Positions 8,823 through 18,365 of a DNA stretch of 64,000 bases are shown piece by piece (positions within the stretch are counted from its first letter, which is position 1; each line of letters starts with the position of its first letter). Under the pieces are notes generated by a model. The model was not told the DNA's origin, searched no databases, and was given only the letters and a program-made list of their open reading frames with translations. Source of the DNA: Pedosphaera sp. (GTDB taxonomy: Bacteria; Verrucomicrobiota; Verrucomicrobiia; Limisphaerales; UBA1096); contig JAKUOU010000020.1 in NCBI GenBank assembly GCA_022451065.1, forward strand, positions 9,349-73,348, read 5' to 3'. The position numbers were made by a program, and so were the translations under genes.

Positions 8823-10220
8823 ATGAACAACTGGAACAACAGTTTCTGCAGCAACCGCCAATATCTGCTGTCCCGCCGTGACATACTAAAGGGTATCTCG
8901 GCCGGCTTCGGCTACATGGCGTTTGCCGGAATGAGCACCGCCCAGGCCGCGGCCAACGCCCCCCTTTCACCCAAGCGGCCGCACTTCCAGCCCAAGGCCA
9001 AGCGCGTGATTTTTTGCTGCATGCGCGGCGGCCCATCGCACGTCGATACGTTTGACCACAAACCGTCCCTCGTCCGAGATGAAGGCAAGCAGTTGCCTAA
9101 GTTCCGCAACCGCGAACTGATGCCATCGCCATGGGAGTTCAATTCGCACGGCCAGGGCGGCCTGATGATTTCCGAACTGTTCCCGAACTTGGCCAAGCAC
9201 GCCGACGACCTCTGTCTGCTTAACGGCATGCACGCCTCCGTACCGGCTCATCCGCAAAGCTTTTTGCAATTGCATACCGGCAGCTTTCAGTTTGTTCGCC
9301 CGTCGATGGGTTCGTGGGTGTTGTACGGTTTGGGTTCTGAAAACCAAAACCTGCCCGGCTTTATTTCGCTCTGTCCGCCGGACAACGTCGGCGGCGCGCA
9401 AAATTACGGCAGCGCTTTTCTGCCGGCGTTTTATCAGGGAACCAAGATTGGCGAGTTCAACCAAAACATCCGTACCGCTTCGCTGCGCAACCTCGACAAC
9501 AAAAACATTTCGTCCAAGCTGCAGCGCAAGCAACTCAACTTTGTTCAGTCGCTGAACCGCGACCTGCTCGACCGCAAAAAACAAAGCTCGCAGGTCGAGG
9601 GTGTCATCGAGTCGTACGAACTGGCTTTCCGCATGCAGTCGACCGTGCCGGAATTGATGGACATCGGCGATGAAAGCCAGGCTACGCTCGAGAGTTACGG
9701 CATCGGCAACCGCGCCACCGAGAATTTCGGCCGCCAATGCCTGATGGCACGCCGCTTCGCCGAGGCCGGCGTCCGGTTCATCGAAGTGGCACACGGCAAC
9801 TGGGATCAGCACAAGAACCTCGAATCCAATCTGTCACGAAACTGCCGAGCGACCGATCAGCCATTGGCAACTCTCCTGAAGGATCTAAAGGAGCGCGGTT
9901 TGCTCGAGGAGACGTTGGTTGTTTGGGGTGGCGAGTTCGGCCGCACGCCGCACATCAAGCAAGCGAACGGGCGCGACCACAACGCCACCGGATTCACCTT
10001 CTGGATGGCCGGCGGCGGCGTGAAGGGCGGCATGACCTACGGCGCGACCGACGAACACGGTGTTGCCGCGGTGGAAAACCGCATGCACTTTCACGATCTG
10101 CACGCAACGATCCTCCACCTGCTGGGACTCGACCACGAGGCGTTGACCTACAAATACGCTGGTCGTGACTTCCGACTGACCGACGTCCACGGCAACGTCG
10201 CCCACGACATCATCGCCTGA
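8823..10220 (+). CDS. DUF1501 domain protein (Tat-exported, sulfatase/alkaline-phosphatase-like fold)
   Basis: Twin-arginine signal SRRDILKG. GGPSHVDTFDHKP metal/nucleophile box. C-terminal GRDHN..GF and [16 protein letters not shown] motifs are shared with the two paralogues at 52693 and 59266. Confidence 0.8.
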   Translation: MNNWNNSFCSNRQYLLSRRDILKGISAGFGYMAFAGMSTAQAAANAPLSPKRPHFQPKAKRVIFCCMRGGPSHVDTFDHKPSLVRDEGKQLPKFRNRELMPSPWEFNSHGQGGLMISELFPNLAKHADDLCLLNGMHASVPAHPQSFLQLHTGSFQFVRPSMGSWVLYGLGSENQNLPGFISLCPPDNVGGAQNYGSAFLPAFYQGTKIGEFNQNIRTASLRNLDNKNISSKLQRKQLNFVQSLNRDLLDRKKQSSQVEGVIESYELAFRMQSTVPELMDIGDESQATLESYGIGNRATENFGRQCLMARRFAEAGVRFIEVAHGNWDQHKNLESNLSRNCRATDQPLATLLKDLKERGLLEETLVVWGGEFGRTPHIKQANGRDHNATGFTFWMAGGGVKGGMTYGATDEHGVAAVENRMHFHDLHATILHLLGLDHEALTYKYAGRDFRLTDVHGNVAHDIIA

Positions 10221-10242
10221 CCGCCAGGCACCAGCGCCGGGA

Positions 10243-11409
10243 TTGCCCAAGCGACCGACTCACGTTAGAACGCCCGTGGTGAGCCAAGTTGTTCAACTCC
10301 TGCGCGACCTAATCGCGTTGCCCAGCGTCAATGCCGCCTTTCTGCCGCCGGGCGATGCTCGCGCTGGGGAGACCAAAGTCACCGACTATCTGGTCAAGCG
10401 CGCCGCCATGGCCAGACTCGACATCGAGCGCCAGCCGGTCACGCCAGAGAGCGATAATTTGATTGTCCGCCTCCAGCCGCTTGGCCAAGCGCGTCACCGC
10501 ATCGTCCTCGCACCGCACCTCGACACCGTTGGCGGCGACGACCCGAAAATGTTTCGCCCTACAAAAAAGGGCAATAAATTGCACGGCCGGGGCGCGTGCG
10601 ACACCAAGGGTAGCGTCGCCGCGATGTTCCGCGCGCTCGAAAACGTGGCCAACCGCAAAAAGCGCCCCAGTGAAACCGAGATCGTTTTCGTCGGCCTGAT
10701 GGACGAGGAATGCAACCAAACCGGCTCACGCGCCTTTGCTAAGCTGCGGATGAAGGCCGACCTCGCTCTTGTCGGTGAACCGACCCGCTGCAAAGTCGTC
10801 ACCGCGCACAAGGGCGACCTCTGGCTGCGACTCACCGCCACCGGCAAGGCCGCCCACGGCGCTCGCCCCGAGTTGGGCCGCAACGCGGTCCACGCGTTGG
10901 CCCAGTGCATCGATGCCATCGAGACAGACTATGCCGCGTTGCTCCGCAAACGCCGCCATCCGGTGCTTGGCCACGCGACGATCAACACCGGCACCATCCG
11001 CGGCGGCGCGCAGCCGAACATCGTTCCCGACCACTGCGAAGCCGACCTTGATCGCCGCACCCTCCCCGGCGAAACGTTCGCCAAGATCCGCCGCGAACTC
11101 CTCGGCGTACTGGCCAGGCGCGGCCTCAAGGCCAAACTGATCGACGTCAAGGGCTACACCTGTCCCGCTCTCGAGACCAACCCCGGACTGCCATGGGTGC
11201 GCGACTTCATGCGGTCTGCCCGGCAGAAAAAACCGCTCGGCGTCGATTACTACTGTGACGCCGCCAACCTCGCCGGCGCGGGCATTCCCACTGTCGTCTG
11301 GGGGCCGGGCGACATCGCACAGGCGCACACGTCCGACGAGTGGATCACCATCGAGCAACTCGAGCGCGGCACCGACATGCTAACGCGATTCCTTTTGTCG
11401 CTGCCATGA
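10243..11409 (+). CDS. M20 family metallopeptidase (ArgE/DapE-like deacylase)
   Basis: HLDTV, GRGACDTKG and MDEE motifs of the M20 family. The listed start is TTG. In-frame GTG codons at 10276/10279 are alternative starts. Confidence 0.7.
   Translation: MPKRPTHVRTPVVSQVVQLLRDLIALPSVNAAFLPPGDARAGETKVTDYLVKRAAMARLDIERQPVTPESDNLIVRLQPLGQARHRIVLAPHLDTVGGDDPKMFRPTKKGNKLHGRGACDTKGSVAAMFRALENVANRKKRPSETEIVFVGLMDEECNQTGSRAFAKLRMKADLALVGEPTRCKVVTAHKGDLWLRLTATGKAAHGARPELGRNAVHALAQCIDAIETDYAALLRKRRHPVLGHATINTGTIRGGAQPNIVPDHCEADLDRRTLPGETFAKIRRELLGVLARRGLKAKLIDVKGYTCPALETNPGLPWVRDFMRSARQKKPLGVDYYCDAANLAGAGIPTVVWGPGDIAQAHTSDEWITIEQLERGTDMLTRFLLSLP
10478..10491. repeat. perfect 14-mer palindrome CGCTTGGCCAAGCG (inside the M20 peptidase gene)
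   Basis: Read directly from the sequence. It is translated as PLGQA. Confidence 0.95.
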
Positions 11410-11431
11410 TTTCGCGGCACACTTCTGTGAG

Positions 11432-12604
11432 ATGAGATTGGCCCTGCTCACGCATGAACCGTTTTATCCGCCCTCCGGCGGCGGCTCGGCAGAGGCCAAC
11501 TACCTCGTCAGCGAACTCATCCGGCGCGGCCACGAGGTGCACCTGTTCTGTCCGTACTTCCCCGCTAGGGATGCCGTTGCCGATCGTTTCGGAATCACCG
11601 TCCACCCCTTCACAAGCTGGGAAATGAGCCGCCACACCCGGTTGCGCTCGATCAAGTACCTCGCCTATCCCGGTACACTCCGAAGACTCGTTCGCCGTAT
11701 CGCGCGTGACATCCCGTTCGACGCCATCCTGTCTCAGCATGCCATCTCCGCCGTGGCCGCCGGCCGACTAAAGGCCGATCTGGGTGTGCCGGTAGTGATG
11801 AACTTTCTCGATTTCCTCACCGGCTTCATGGAATCGTGGTCGCCTTGGACAATGCCACGCTTTGCGCTGCGCCGCTTGAAGGCGTACGAGCTTTCGCTGC
11901 CCAAGCGCCACGATGCCGACGCCGTGCTCACCGTCTCCGACGAACTCGCCCAACGATTCGCCGAAACCGGCTATGCCGCCGACCGGCTCCACCCCATTCA
12001 CTACGGCTACGACGCAAAACTTTTCCAACTGGGAACCGGGAACCGGGAACCGAGAACCGTCGCCATGCACGGCTCGTTCGACACACATCACCTCGGGCCG
12101 ATCGCCATCCGCGCCATCACCGACATCGCGTTGGACAGGCCTGAGACACATTTTCTTTTCATCGGCCGTGAAACTAACGCCGTCAAAAAACTGGCCAAGC
12201 GCGTCCTCACTGCCGCGCCATCGGCCAAGCTCGAGTGCACCGGCTTTGTGCCTTACGGCGAAGTCGCCAAGCGACTTGGCCAAGCGGGCGTCGGTATCAT
12301 CCCGTACGAGTCTTCGAGCGGCACACACTGCGCCTTCGTTGCCAAGCTCGTCGAGTATGCCGCGCTTGGCCTACCGGTGGTGAGTACGCCACTGGCTGGA
12401 GTGAAGGCGTTTTTCAGCGACGAGCCGTCGGTGCGTTTTTCGGCGTTCGACGGCGAGCAGTTTGCCCGGGACGTTATCGATGTACTCGATAACCCGCCGC
12501 CACAGGCCGAGTCGGAGCGCTTGGCCAATCGCGTCGCCGCTGAACTCGATTGGCCGGTAATCTGCGCTCGAGCCGTCGACCAACTGGAAGCCGTTGTCTC
12601 ATGA
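11432..12604 (+). CDS. glycosyltransferase family 4
   Basis: N-terminal MRLALLTHEPFYPPSGGGS..GHEVHLF (GT-B/GT4 signature). C-terminal E-x7-E-like region (FVAKLVEYAALGLPVV). Confidence 0.7.
   Translation: MRLALLTHEPFYPPSGGGSAEANYLVSELIRRGHEVHLFCPYFPARDAVADRFGITVHPFTSWEMSRHTRLRSIKYLAYPGTLRRLVRRIARDIPFDAILSQHAISAVAAGRLKADLGVPVVMNFLDFLTGFMESWSPWTMPRFALRRLKAYELSLPKRHDADAVLTVSDELAQRFAETGYAADRLHPIHYGYDAKLFQLGTGNREPRTVAMHGSFDTHHLGPIAIRAITDIALDRPETHFLFIGRETNAVKKLAKRVLTAAPSAKLECTGFVPYGEVAKRLGQAGVGIIPYESSSGTHCAFVAKLVEYAALGLPVVSTPLAGVKAFFSDEPSVRFSAFDGEQFARDVIDVLDNPPPQAESERLANRVAAELDWPVICARAVDQLEAVVS
12031..12058 (+). repeat. heptanucleotide tandem repeat (GGGAACC)x3 + GAGAACC inside the GT4 gene
   Basis: Read directly from the sequence: GGGAACCGGGAACCGGGAACCGAGAACC. 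It encodes GTGNREPRT. Confidence 0.9.
12265..12286. repeat. phased copies (CGCCAAGCG a CTTGGCCAAGCG) inside the GT4 gene
   Basis: Read directly from the sequence. It shares the 20-mer CAAGCGACTTGGCCAAGCGG with hisA (28436-28455). Confidence 0.9.
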
Positions 12605-13887
12605 GTAAAGCCGACTCCAAACACGTATTTTATCGGCAGGGAAGCTGGATGGTGATCGCCACCTTCGTCAGCGGCCTGCTGATGTTTGCAGTGCATATTT
12701 TCGGCGGCTGGATGAGCCCCGAGGAGTACGGCCTATTCGTCACGTTATTGCAAATTCTCAACCTCATGATGATTCCCGCGCTTGGCCTGCAAACGGTATT
12801 CGCGCAACAAACCGCTGCCGCTACCGAGCCACAACAGAGACACGACTTGGCCAAGTCCACCCAAAAAATGCTCCTCATTTGCCTGTACGTTTGGATCGCG
12901 ATTTCGTCTCTTATTCTTCTGAATCGAGAGGCCATTCTTGAGTTGCTGAAGATCGAAAAACCAACGGCACTTTACGTGACTTTACTGCTGGGCCTGCCAC
13001 AGCTTTGGCTGCCGATGATGCTCGGCATCCTGCAGGGCAGACAAAACTTCACGTGGCTTGGCAGCGCAGCGATCGTTAACGGTGTGGGGCGTTTTGCCGC
13101 GGTCGGAATCATCGTCATGCTGCTCGGTGGCCAAGCTGCGGGAGCGACTACCGGTGTGCTGATAGGACTCACTACTACTTGCCTACTAGCTGGTTGGCAC
13201 GGTCGGCAAACTTGGCTTGGCCAATCAGGGGCCAGCCGAGGCAACTTCGATGCCAAGGCTTGGCTAGCCCGAATAGTACCTCTCACACTGGGCATGGGCG
13301 CAGGACTATTCATGTTGAGCGCAGACATGATCGCGGCGCGGGCCATCCTGCCTGAGGTGGACTCCGGCCCTTACGGCGCAGCCGGTATGATCGGGCGCGG
13401 ACTGGTTGCATTTACCGCGCCACTGGCTGCGGTGATGTTTCCAAAGCTCGTGCGCGAAGCTGCTAGGGCAAAGTCGGGTGTGCTTGGCCAGGCGTTCCTC
13501 GGCACGGCCATCCTCGGCGTGTTGGCCGGGATCGGATGCACACTCGCCGCCTGGCTGCTGCCGGACATCGCCGACCGTTTCTCCATCTTGGCCGCAAAGA
13601 AAAAAATTATCACAGAGATCGCGTCGCTAATCCCGTACTTTATCTGGAGCATGTTGCCGCTGGCGTTGGGGAATGTTTTCGTGGCGGCACTCTTGGCTCA
13701 AGAACGCTACCGCGCCGTGCCCTGGCTGGTCGGGATCGCCGTCGCCTATGGGCTGACACTGGCTTGGCTTGCGAACACCGCCGAGCCGCCGTCGCAGCAG
13801 ACGATTATTCTCACCCTGGGTGGGTTTAACCTCGCGTTTCTCTGCACAGCAGCGACCTTGGCCAGGCGCTACGCCTCGTCGCCGTAG
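12601..13887 (+). CDS. polysaccharide/oligosaccharide flippase-like membrane protein (MOP superfamily)
   Basis: The ATG at 12601 overlaps the GT4 stop as ATGA. The protein is about 428 aa and almost entirely hydrophobic multi-span helices, as in Wzx/MurJ-like transporters. Confidence 0.5.
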   Translation: MSKADSKHVFYRQGSWMVIATFVSGLLMFAVHIFGGWMSPEEYGLFVTLLQILNLMMIPALGLQTVFAQQTAAATEPQQRHDLAKSTQKMLLICLYVWIAISSLILLNREAILELLKIEKPTALYVTLLLGLPQLWLPMMLGILQGRQNFTWLGSAAIVNGVGRFAAVGIIVMLLGGQAAGATTGVLIGLTTTCLLAGWHGRQTWLGQSGASRGNFDAKAWLARIVPLTLGMGAGLFMLSADMIAARAILPEVDSGPYGAAGMIGRGLVAFTAPLAAVMFPKLVREAARAKSGVLGQAFLGTAILGVLAGIGCTLAAWLLPDIADRFSILAAKKKIITEIASLIPYFIWSMLPLALGNVFVAALLAQERYRAVPWLVGIAVAYGLTLAWLANTAEPPSQQTIILTLGGFNLAFLCTAATLARRYASSP

Positions 13888-13979
13888 AGCCGACAGGCTC
13901 TAAACACCTCCAGCAGCACCTTCACCGAGAAATAGCGGTCCCGCTTGGTTTTCGTTTTCACCGCCTAGCTGTTGCGTTA

Positions 13980-13993
13980 CGCTTGGCCAAGCG
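13980..13993. repeat. perfect 14-mer palindrome CGCTTGGCCAAGCG (intergenic, 9 nt before the GTG at 14003)
   Basis: Read directly from the sequence. Confidence 0.95.
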
Positions 13994-14002
13994 ATAGCTA
14001 CC

Positions 14003-14545
14003 GTGAAAAACATCGTTTACTTCGACCTCGAGACTATGCGCTCCGCCGATGATGTCGGCGGCTGGAGTCATATCGACAAGATGGGCATGAGCATCGGGGT
14101 CACTTACAGCACTGGCAACGGCGGGTACTCGATCTATCCGGAGTCCGAGGTGAACGACCTGATAGAGGAACTACAACGCGCCGATCTTGTTGTCGGCTTC
14201 AACCACATTCGGTTCGACTATGAGGTGCTGCACGGCTATACGACGCTCGATCTGCGCCAACTCCCCTCGCTCGACCTGATGGTGGACCTGCAGGGGATCC
14301 TGTCGCACCGTCTCAAGCTCGACTCGATCGCCTCCGCCACGTTTGGCGCTGAGAAAACCGCCGACGGACTGCAGGCGCTGAAATGGTTTAAGCAGGGCAA
14401 ACTGATGGAGATCGCTGAGTATTGCTGCTACGACGTGAAGATCACCAAGATGGTCCACGAGTTTGGTGCCGAAAATGGATGCGTTTTTTACAACAACCGC
14501 TTCGGCAAAAAACTCAGCGTCGAGATTGACTGGAGCACCGCGTAG
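14003..14545 (+). CDS. RNase H-like fold 3'-5' exonuclease (DEDDy type, PolB-exonuclease-like)
   Basis: GTG start. ExoI is YFDLET, ExoII is GFNHIRFDYEVL, ExoIII is YCCYDVKIT. It is a stand-alone 180 aa protein. Confidence 0.55.
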   Translation: MKNIVYFDLETMRSADDVGGWSHIDKMGMSIGVTYSTGNGGYSIYPESEVNDLIEELQRADLVVGFNHIRFDYEVLHGYTTLDLRQLPSLDLMVDLQGILSHRLKLDSIASATFGAEKTADGLQALKWFKQGKLMEIAEYCCYDVKITKMVHEFGAENGCVFYNNRFGKKLSVEIDWSTA

Positions 14546-14619
14546 CGGCCGCACTTGACCAAGCGCAGCTCGACAACAGTGATTGCTTGCGGTACCACTT
14601 GCGCCGTCCAACAAGCAAT

Positions 14620-16335
14620 ATGATGAAGCAAACTGTATCCACTTATGTCCGTCGGTGGCTGGCCGGGGTTCTCGGTCTGGTGTTGACCTCGACTGCGTTC
14701 GCCGCCAAGCGGCCCAACATCATCATCGCCATGGCCGATGACATGGGATGGAGCGACATCGGCTGCTACGGCGGCGAGATTAATACGCCCAATCTCGACA
14801 CACTCGCCGACAACGGCGTGCGGTTCACCCAGTTTTACAACACCGGCCGATGCTGCCCCACGCGCGCCACCTTGCTATCCGGCACCTACGCGCACCAGGC
14901 CGGCGTTGGCCACATGATGAACCCACGCAACCTGCCGGGCTACAAGGGCGATCTGAACAAAAATGTCCGCACCATTGCAGAAGTGATGAAGACAGCCGGC
15001 TACTCGACATACATGGCCGGCAAGTGGCACGTCACCCCAAAAATCCAGCCCGGCGGCCCCAGGGACAACTGGCCACGGCAACGCGGGTTCGATCGCTTCT
15101 ACGGCACCATTCACGGCGCCGGTAGTTTTTTTGATCCCAACTCGCTCACTCGTGAAAATACCCAGGTCTCCCCGCTGACCGACGAAGGCTATCAACCCAA
15201 GGGCACCTATTATTACACCGACGCCATCAGCGACCACGCCGCGCGCTACATCCGCGAGCATAAGGGCGACCAGCCGTTTTTCATTTATGTCGCCTACACC
15301 GCGCCACACTGGCCGATGCACGCACTGCCAAAAGACATCGCCAAGTACAAGGGCAAGTACGACGCCGGTTGGGACGCCATGCGTCGCGCGCGTTACGAGC
15401 GCCAACTCAAGATGGGGCTCATTGATCCCCAGTGTAAACTAACGGCGCGTGACCCCAAAGCGCCCAAGTGGGAAGATTCCGAAAACAAGGATTGGGAACT
15501 ACGGCTTATGGAAGTTTATGCCGCAATGGTCGATAGCCTCGACCAAGGCATGGGCCGAGTTGTCACAGCGCTCAAGGAGTCCGGCCAGTACGACAACACG
15601 CTGATCCTGTTTCTCGCCGACAACGGCGGCTGCGCCGAGGGCATGGGTCGCCGTCAGGGCATACAATACAAGGACAAAAACCCCGAGCAACTCAAGCCGA
15701 TGACCAAGGGCGAACTGCAAACCGACATGATCCCCAAGCGCACACGGGACGGTCGCGTCCTCAGGCAAGGTACCGAGGTAATGGCCGGCGGTCCCGATAG
15801 CTACCACGGCTACGGCCTCGCCTGGGCCAACGCCAGCAACACACCGTTTCGCGAGTACAAACATTGGGTGCACGAGGGCGGCATCAGTTCGCCGCTGATC
15901 GCCCATTGGCCAAGCGGCATCAATGCCAAGCGCCGCGGCAAACTCGAGAGGCAACCCGGCCACCTCATCGACCTCATGGCCACCTGCGTTGATCTTGGCC
16001 AGGCAACCTACCCGAAAAAAGTCGGCAGCACAGAAATTGTCCCGATGCAGGGCACCTCCCTCGCCCCTGCGTTCAACGGAAAAAAAATCGGGCGCAAAAA
16101 ACCAATCTTCTGGGAGCACGAGGGCAACCGGGCCATGCGTGACGGCAAATGGAAACTCGTCGCCAAGGGCGCGACCGGCCCATGGGAACTGTACGATATC
16201 AAGGCCGACCGCACAGAGCTGAACAATCTTGCCGAAAAACAACCCAAGCGACTCAAGCGGATGGCGACTCAATGGGAAAGCTGGGCTGTTGCCGCCTTGG
16301 CCAAGCCGTGGCCGTGGGGCAACAGGAAAAAATAA
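14620..16335 (+). CDS. arylsulfatase
   Basis: ATG at 14620 followed by a signal peptide. IIIAMADDMGWSDIG metal site. Canonical CCPTRATLLSG (CxPxR) box. GKWH motif. Confidence 0.85.
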   Translation: MMKQTVSTYVRRWLAGVLGLVLTSTAFAAKRPNIIIAMADDMGWSDIGCYGGEINTPNLDTLADNGVRFTQFYNTGRCCPTRATLLSGTYAHQAGVGHMMNPRNLPGYKGDLNKNVRTIAEVMKTAGYSTYMAGKWHVTPKIQPGGPRDNWPRQRGFDRFYGTIHGAGSFFDPNSLTRENTQVSPLTDEGYQPKGTYYYTDAISDHAARYIREHKGDQPFFIYVAYTAPHWPMHALPKDIAKYKGKYDAGWDAMRRARYERQLKMGLIDPQCKLTARDPKAPKWEDSENKDWELRLMEVYAAMVDSLDQGMGRVVTALKESGQYDNTLILFLADNGGCAEGMGRRQGIQYKDKNPEQLKPMTKGELQTDMIPKRTRDGRVLRQGTEVMAGGPDSYHGYGLAWANASNTPFREYKHWVHEGGISSPLIAHWPSGINAKRRGKLERQPGHLIDLMATCVDLGQATYPKKVGSTEIVPMQGTSLAPAFNGKKIGRKKPIFWEHEGNRAMRDGKWKLVAKGATGPWELYDIKADRTELNNLAEKQPKRLKRMATQWESWAVAALAKPWPWGNRKK

Positions 16336-16392
16336 CCCAACGCTTGGCAAGCACATGGAACCTGCCATCCCGTGCTCTGTATTTGGTCCCCA

Positions 16393-18246
16393 CTACTCTT
16401 TTTCCTCAAGGTAGACGGCGATTTCACTGATGAAGAGGTTGCCGTACTCGGCTTTCTTTTTATCGCCGACGCCGCTGATGAGCCCGAACGCCTCGGGCGT
16501 CGCCGGGCAGTCCCTTGCCATTTCACGCAGGGCAACATCCCCGAAAACCATGTATGCCGGGACACCTCGACTGGCCGCCAACTCATGACGTAATTCGCGC
16601 AACCGGGCGAATAACATCTCGTCGCACTCAATCTCACCGGCTCGCTCGCTGCGAGGACGCCTTTCTCTACTCTTCGGCTTGGCCACGACGGGGCGCGTCA
16701 ACTCCAGCGGCTCTTTACTACGCAGCCAATCGCTTCCTTCATGCGTCAACTCCACGACACTCATACGGCCGGGTGTGAGCCGCGCGTAGCCTAGCCGCAT
16801 CAACTCGCGACCGATTGCCTTCCACTCGTCGCGGCCAAATTCATCGCCTATGCCATGGGTGGAAACCTGGTCGTGCCCCCACTTACGAATGGCCTCCGTG
16901 TCCGCGCCGGTGAGGACTTCCACGACATGGTTCAACCCAAAACCAAAACCGGATTTCTCGCGAATCCGATAGAGGCAGGCGAGGAACTTTTGCGCTGCCT
17001 CCGTGCCGTCGAATGTCTCTTTTGGCTCGAGACAGTTGTCGCAGGCGTCGCAGTTTTTGCCCGTGAAAGCTTCGCTAAAATAGTCCAGCAACGAACGACG
17101 TCGGCAGTCACTCGTCTCGGCAAAATGCACCATCTGCTGCAGCAATTGCCGAGCAACAGTTCGTTCGTGTTCATCTGTTTTTTCCTCGATAAACCCGATC
17201 TGCTTGGCTACGTCCGAGGCGTTGAACAGCAGCACACAATCCGCTGGCAGCCCGTCACGCCCTGCCCTGCCCGTTTCCTGATAGTAACCCTCGATGTTCT
17301 TCGGCAAATCGTAATGAATCACGAAGCGCACATCCGGTTTGTCGATGCCCATCCCGAACGCGATCGTCGCGCACACGATCTGTACGTCGTCGCGAATGAA
17401 CGCCTCCTGGTTTTTCGCACGCGTCCCGGCATCCAGCCCAGCATGGTACGACACCGCTCGGATCCCCTGATCGGTCAGGCGATTGGCCAGACGCTCGGTG
17501 CCGGCGCGGCTACCACAGTAAACAATGCCGCTCTCGCCGTTGTGCCGCCTGGCCACGTCCAGCACCTGCCGCAACGGCTGGTTGCGCGGGATGACGCGGT
17601 ACGTGAGGTTGGCCCGGTTGAAACTGGCGACGTAGCGCCTGGGCTCGCGCAGATTCAACTGCAACACGATGTCCGCCCGAACCCGTTCGGTCGCTGTCGC
17701 GGTCAGCGCCATCAACGGCGTCTCAGGAAAGCGCTCGCGTAACTCGGCGATCTGCCGGTACTCAGGGCGAAAGTCATGTCCCCACTCGCTGATACAGTGC
17801 GCCTCGTCGATCGCGATCAGCCCAGGCTGCCACTCGACCAGTCGCTCGAGCATCTCCGGCAACATCAACCGCTCCGGTGCGACGTACAGCAGGCGGAATT
17901 CACCCTTGTACAGGCCAGCTAGGCGGCGGCGCGCCTCTGAGGCATTGAGCGTGGAGTTCAAGAACGTCGCCGACACACCGGCCTCGTGCAGCGCGTCAAC
18001 CTGATCCTTCATCAGCGCGATCAACGGCGAGACGACAATCGTCAGTCCTCCCTTGGCCAGGGCCGGCAACTGGTAACAAAGCGACTTGCCGCCACCGGTC
18101 GGCATCAGCACGAATGTATCGTGCCCGGCGAGCGCATCGCGCATTATCTCCTCCTGCAGCGGCCGAAATGACTCGTAACCAAAGAATCGCTTCAGCAACC
18201 CAATCAAGTCAGGTTCCCCTGCATTGCTAAAGAGTTTCGTCTCCAT
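16393..18246 (-). CDS. recQ: ATP-dependent DNA helicase RecQ
   Basis: FGYESFRPLQ, MPTGGGKS, and the DEAH box (IAIDEAHCISEWGHDFRPEY). A Zn-binding C-x-C cluster and a C-terminal HRDC-like region are present. The likely start is METKLF at 18246. Confidence 0.9.
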   Translation of the reverse strand: METKLFSNAGEPDLIGLLKRFFGYESFRPLQEEIMRDALAGHDTFVLMPTGGGKSLCYQLPALAKGGLTIVVSPLIALMKDQVDALHEAGVSATFLNSTLNASEARRRLAGLYKGEFRLLYVAPERLMLPEMLERLVEWQPGLIAIDEAHCISEWGHDFRPEYRQIAELRERFPETPLMALTATATERVRADIVLQLNLREPRRYVASFNRANLTYRVIPRNQPLRQVLDVARRHNGESGIVYCGSRAGTERLANRLTDQGIRAVSYHAGLDAGTRAKNQEAFIRDDVQIVCATIAFGMGIDKPDVRFVIHYDLPKNIEGYYQETGRAGRDGLPADCVLLFNASDVAKQIGFIEEKTDEHERTVARQLLQQMVHFAETSDCRRRSLLDYFSEAFTGKNCDACDNCLEPKETFDGTEAAQKFLACLYRIREKSGFGFGLNHVVEVLTGADTEAIRKWGHDQVSTHGIGDEFGRDEWKAIGRELMRLGYARLTPGRMSVVELTHEGSDWLRSKEPLELTRPVVAKPKSRERRPRSERAGEIECDEMLFARLRELRHELAASRGVPAYMVFGDVALREMARDCPATPEAFGLISGVGDKKKAEYGNLFISEIAVYLEEKE

Positions 18247-18324
18247 GCCAGGCCCCGTTGTAAGCGAGAGACAGCCGAGCTTCAAACTTCACCGTTGATC
18301 GAATTAATATTTGAAACTCTCTTA

Positions 18325-18338
18325 CGCTTGGCCAAGCG
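18325..18338. repeat. perfect 14-mer palindrome CGCTTGGCCAAGCG (recQ/bioB divergent spacer)
   Basis: Read directly from the sequence. It lies 27 nt before the bioB ATG. Confidence 0.95.
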
Positions 18339-18365
18339 CGTGGTTTTGGCTAAATTGCCGGCCAC

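Noticed and set aside
8967-9812. Long antisense or alternative-frame ORFs overlapping confidently assigned genes (for example 8967..9812, 15499..16368, 16855..17742, 19143..19892, 30545..31471, 32773..33549, 41290..42276, 51260..52006, 55086..56015, 57107..58195, 59818..61089, 61966..62742).
   Set aside because: Their translations are Arg/Ala/Gly/Pro-rich low-complexity sequence typical of shadow ORFs in GC-rich DNA. Each lies opposite a gene with clear family motifs. None shows a recognisable domain.
18247-18365. A possible BirA/BioQ-type operator upstream of bioB (inverted TTCAAA ... TTTGAA separated by about 25 nt in the AT-rich part of the spacer).
   Set aside because: Only 6 bp half-sites match, the spacing is long, and there is no resemblance to known bio operators. 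This is too weak to call.
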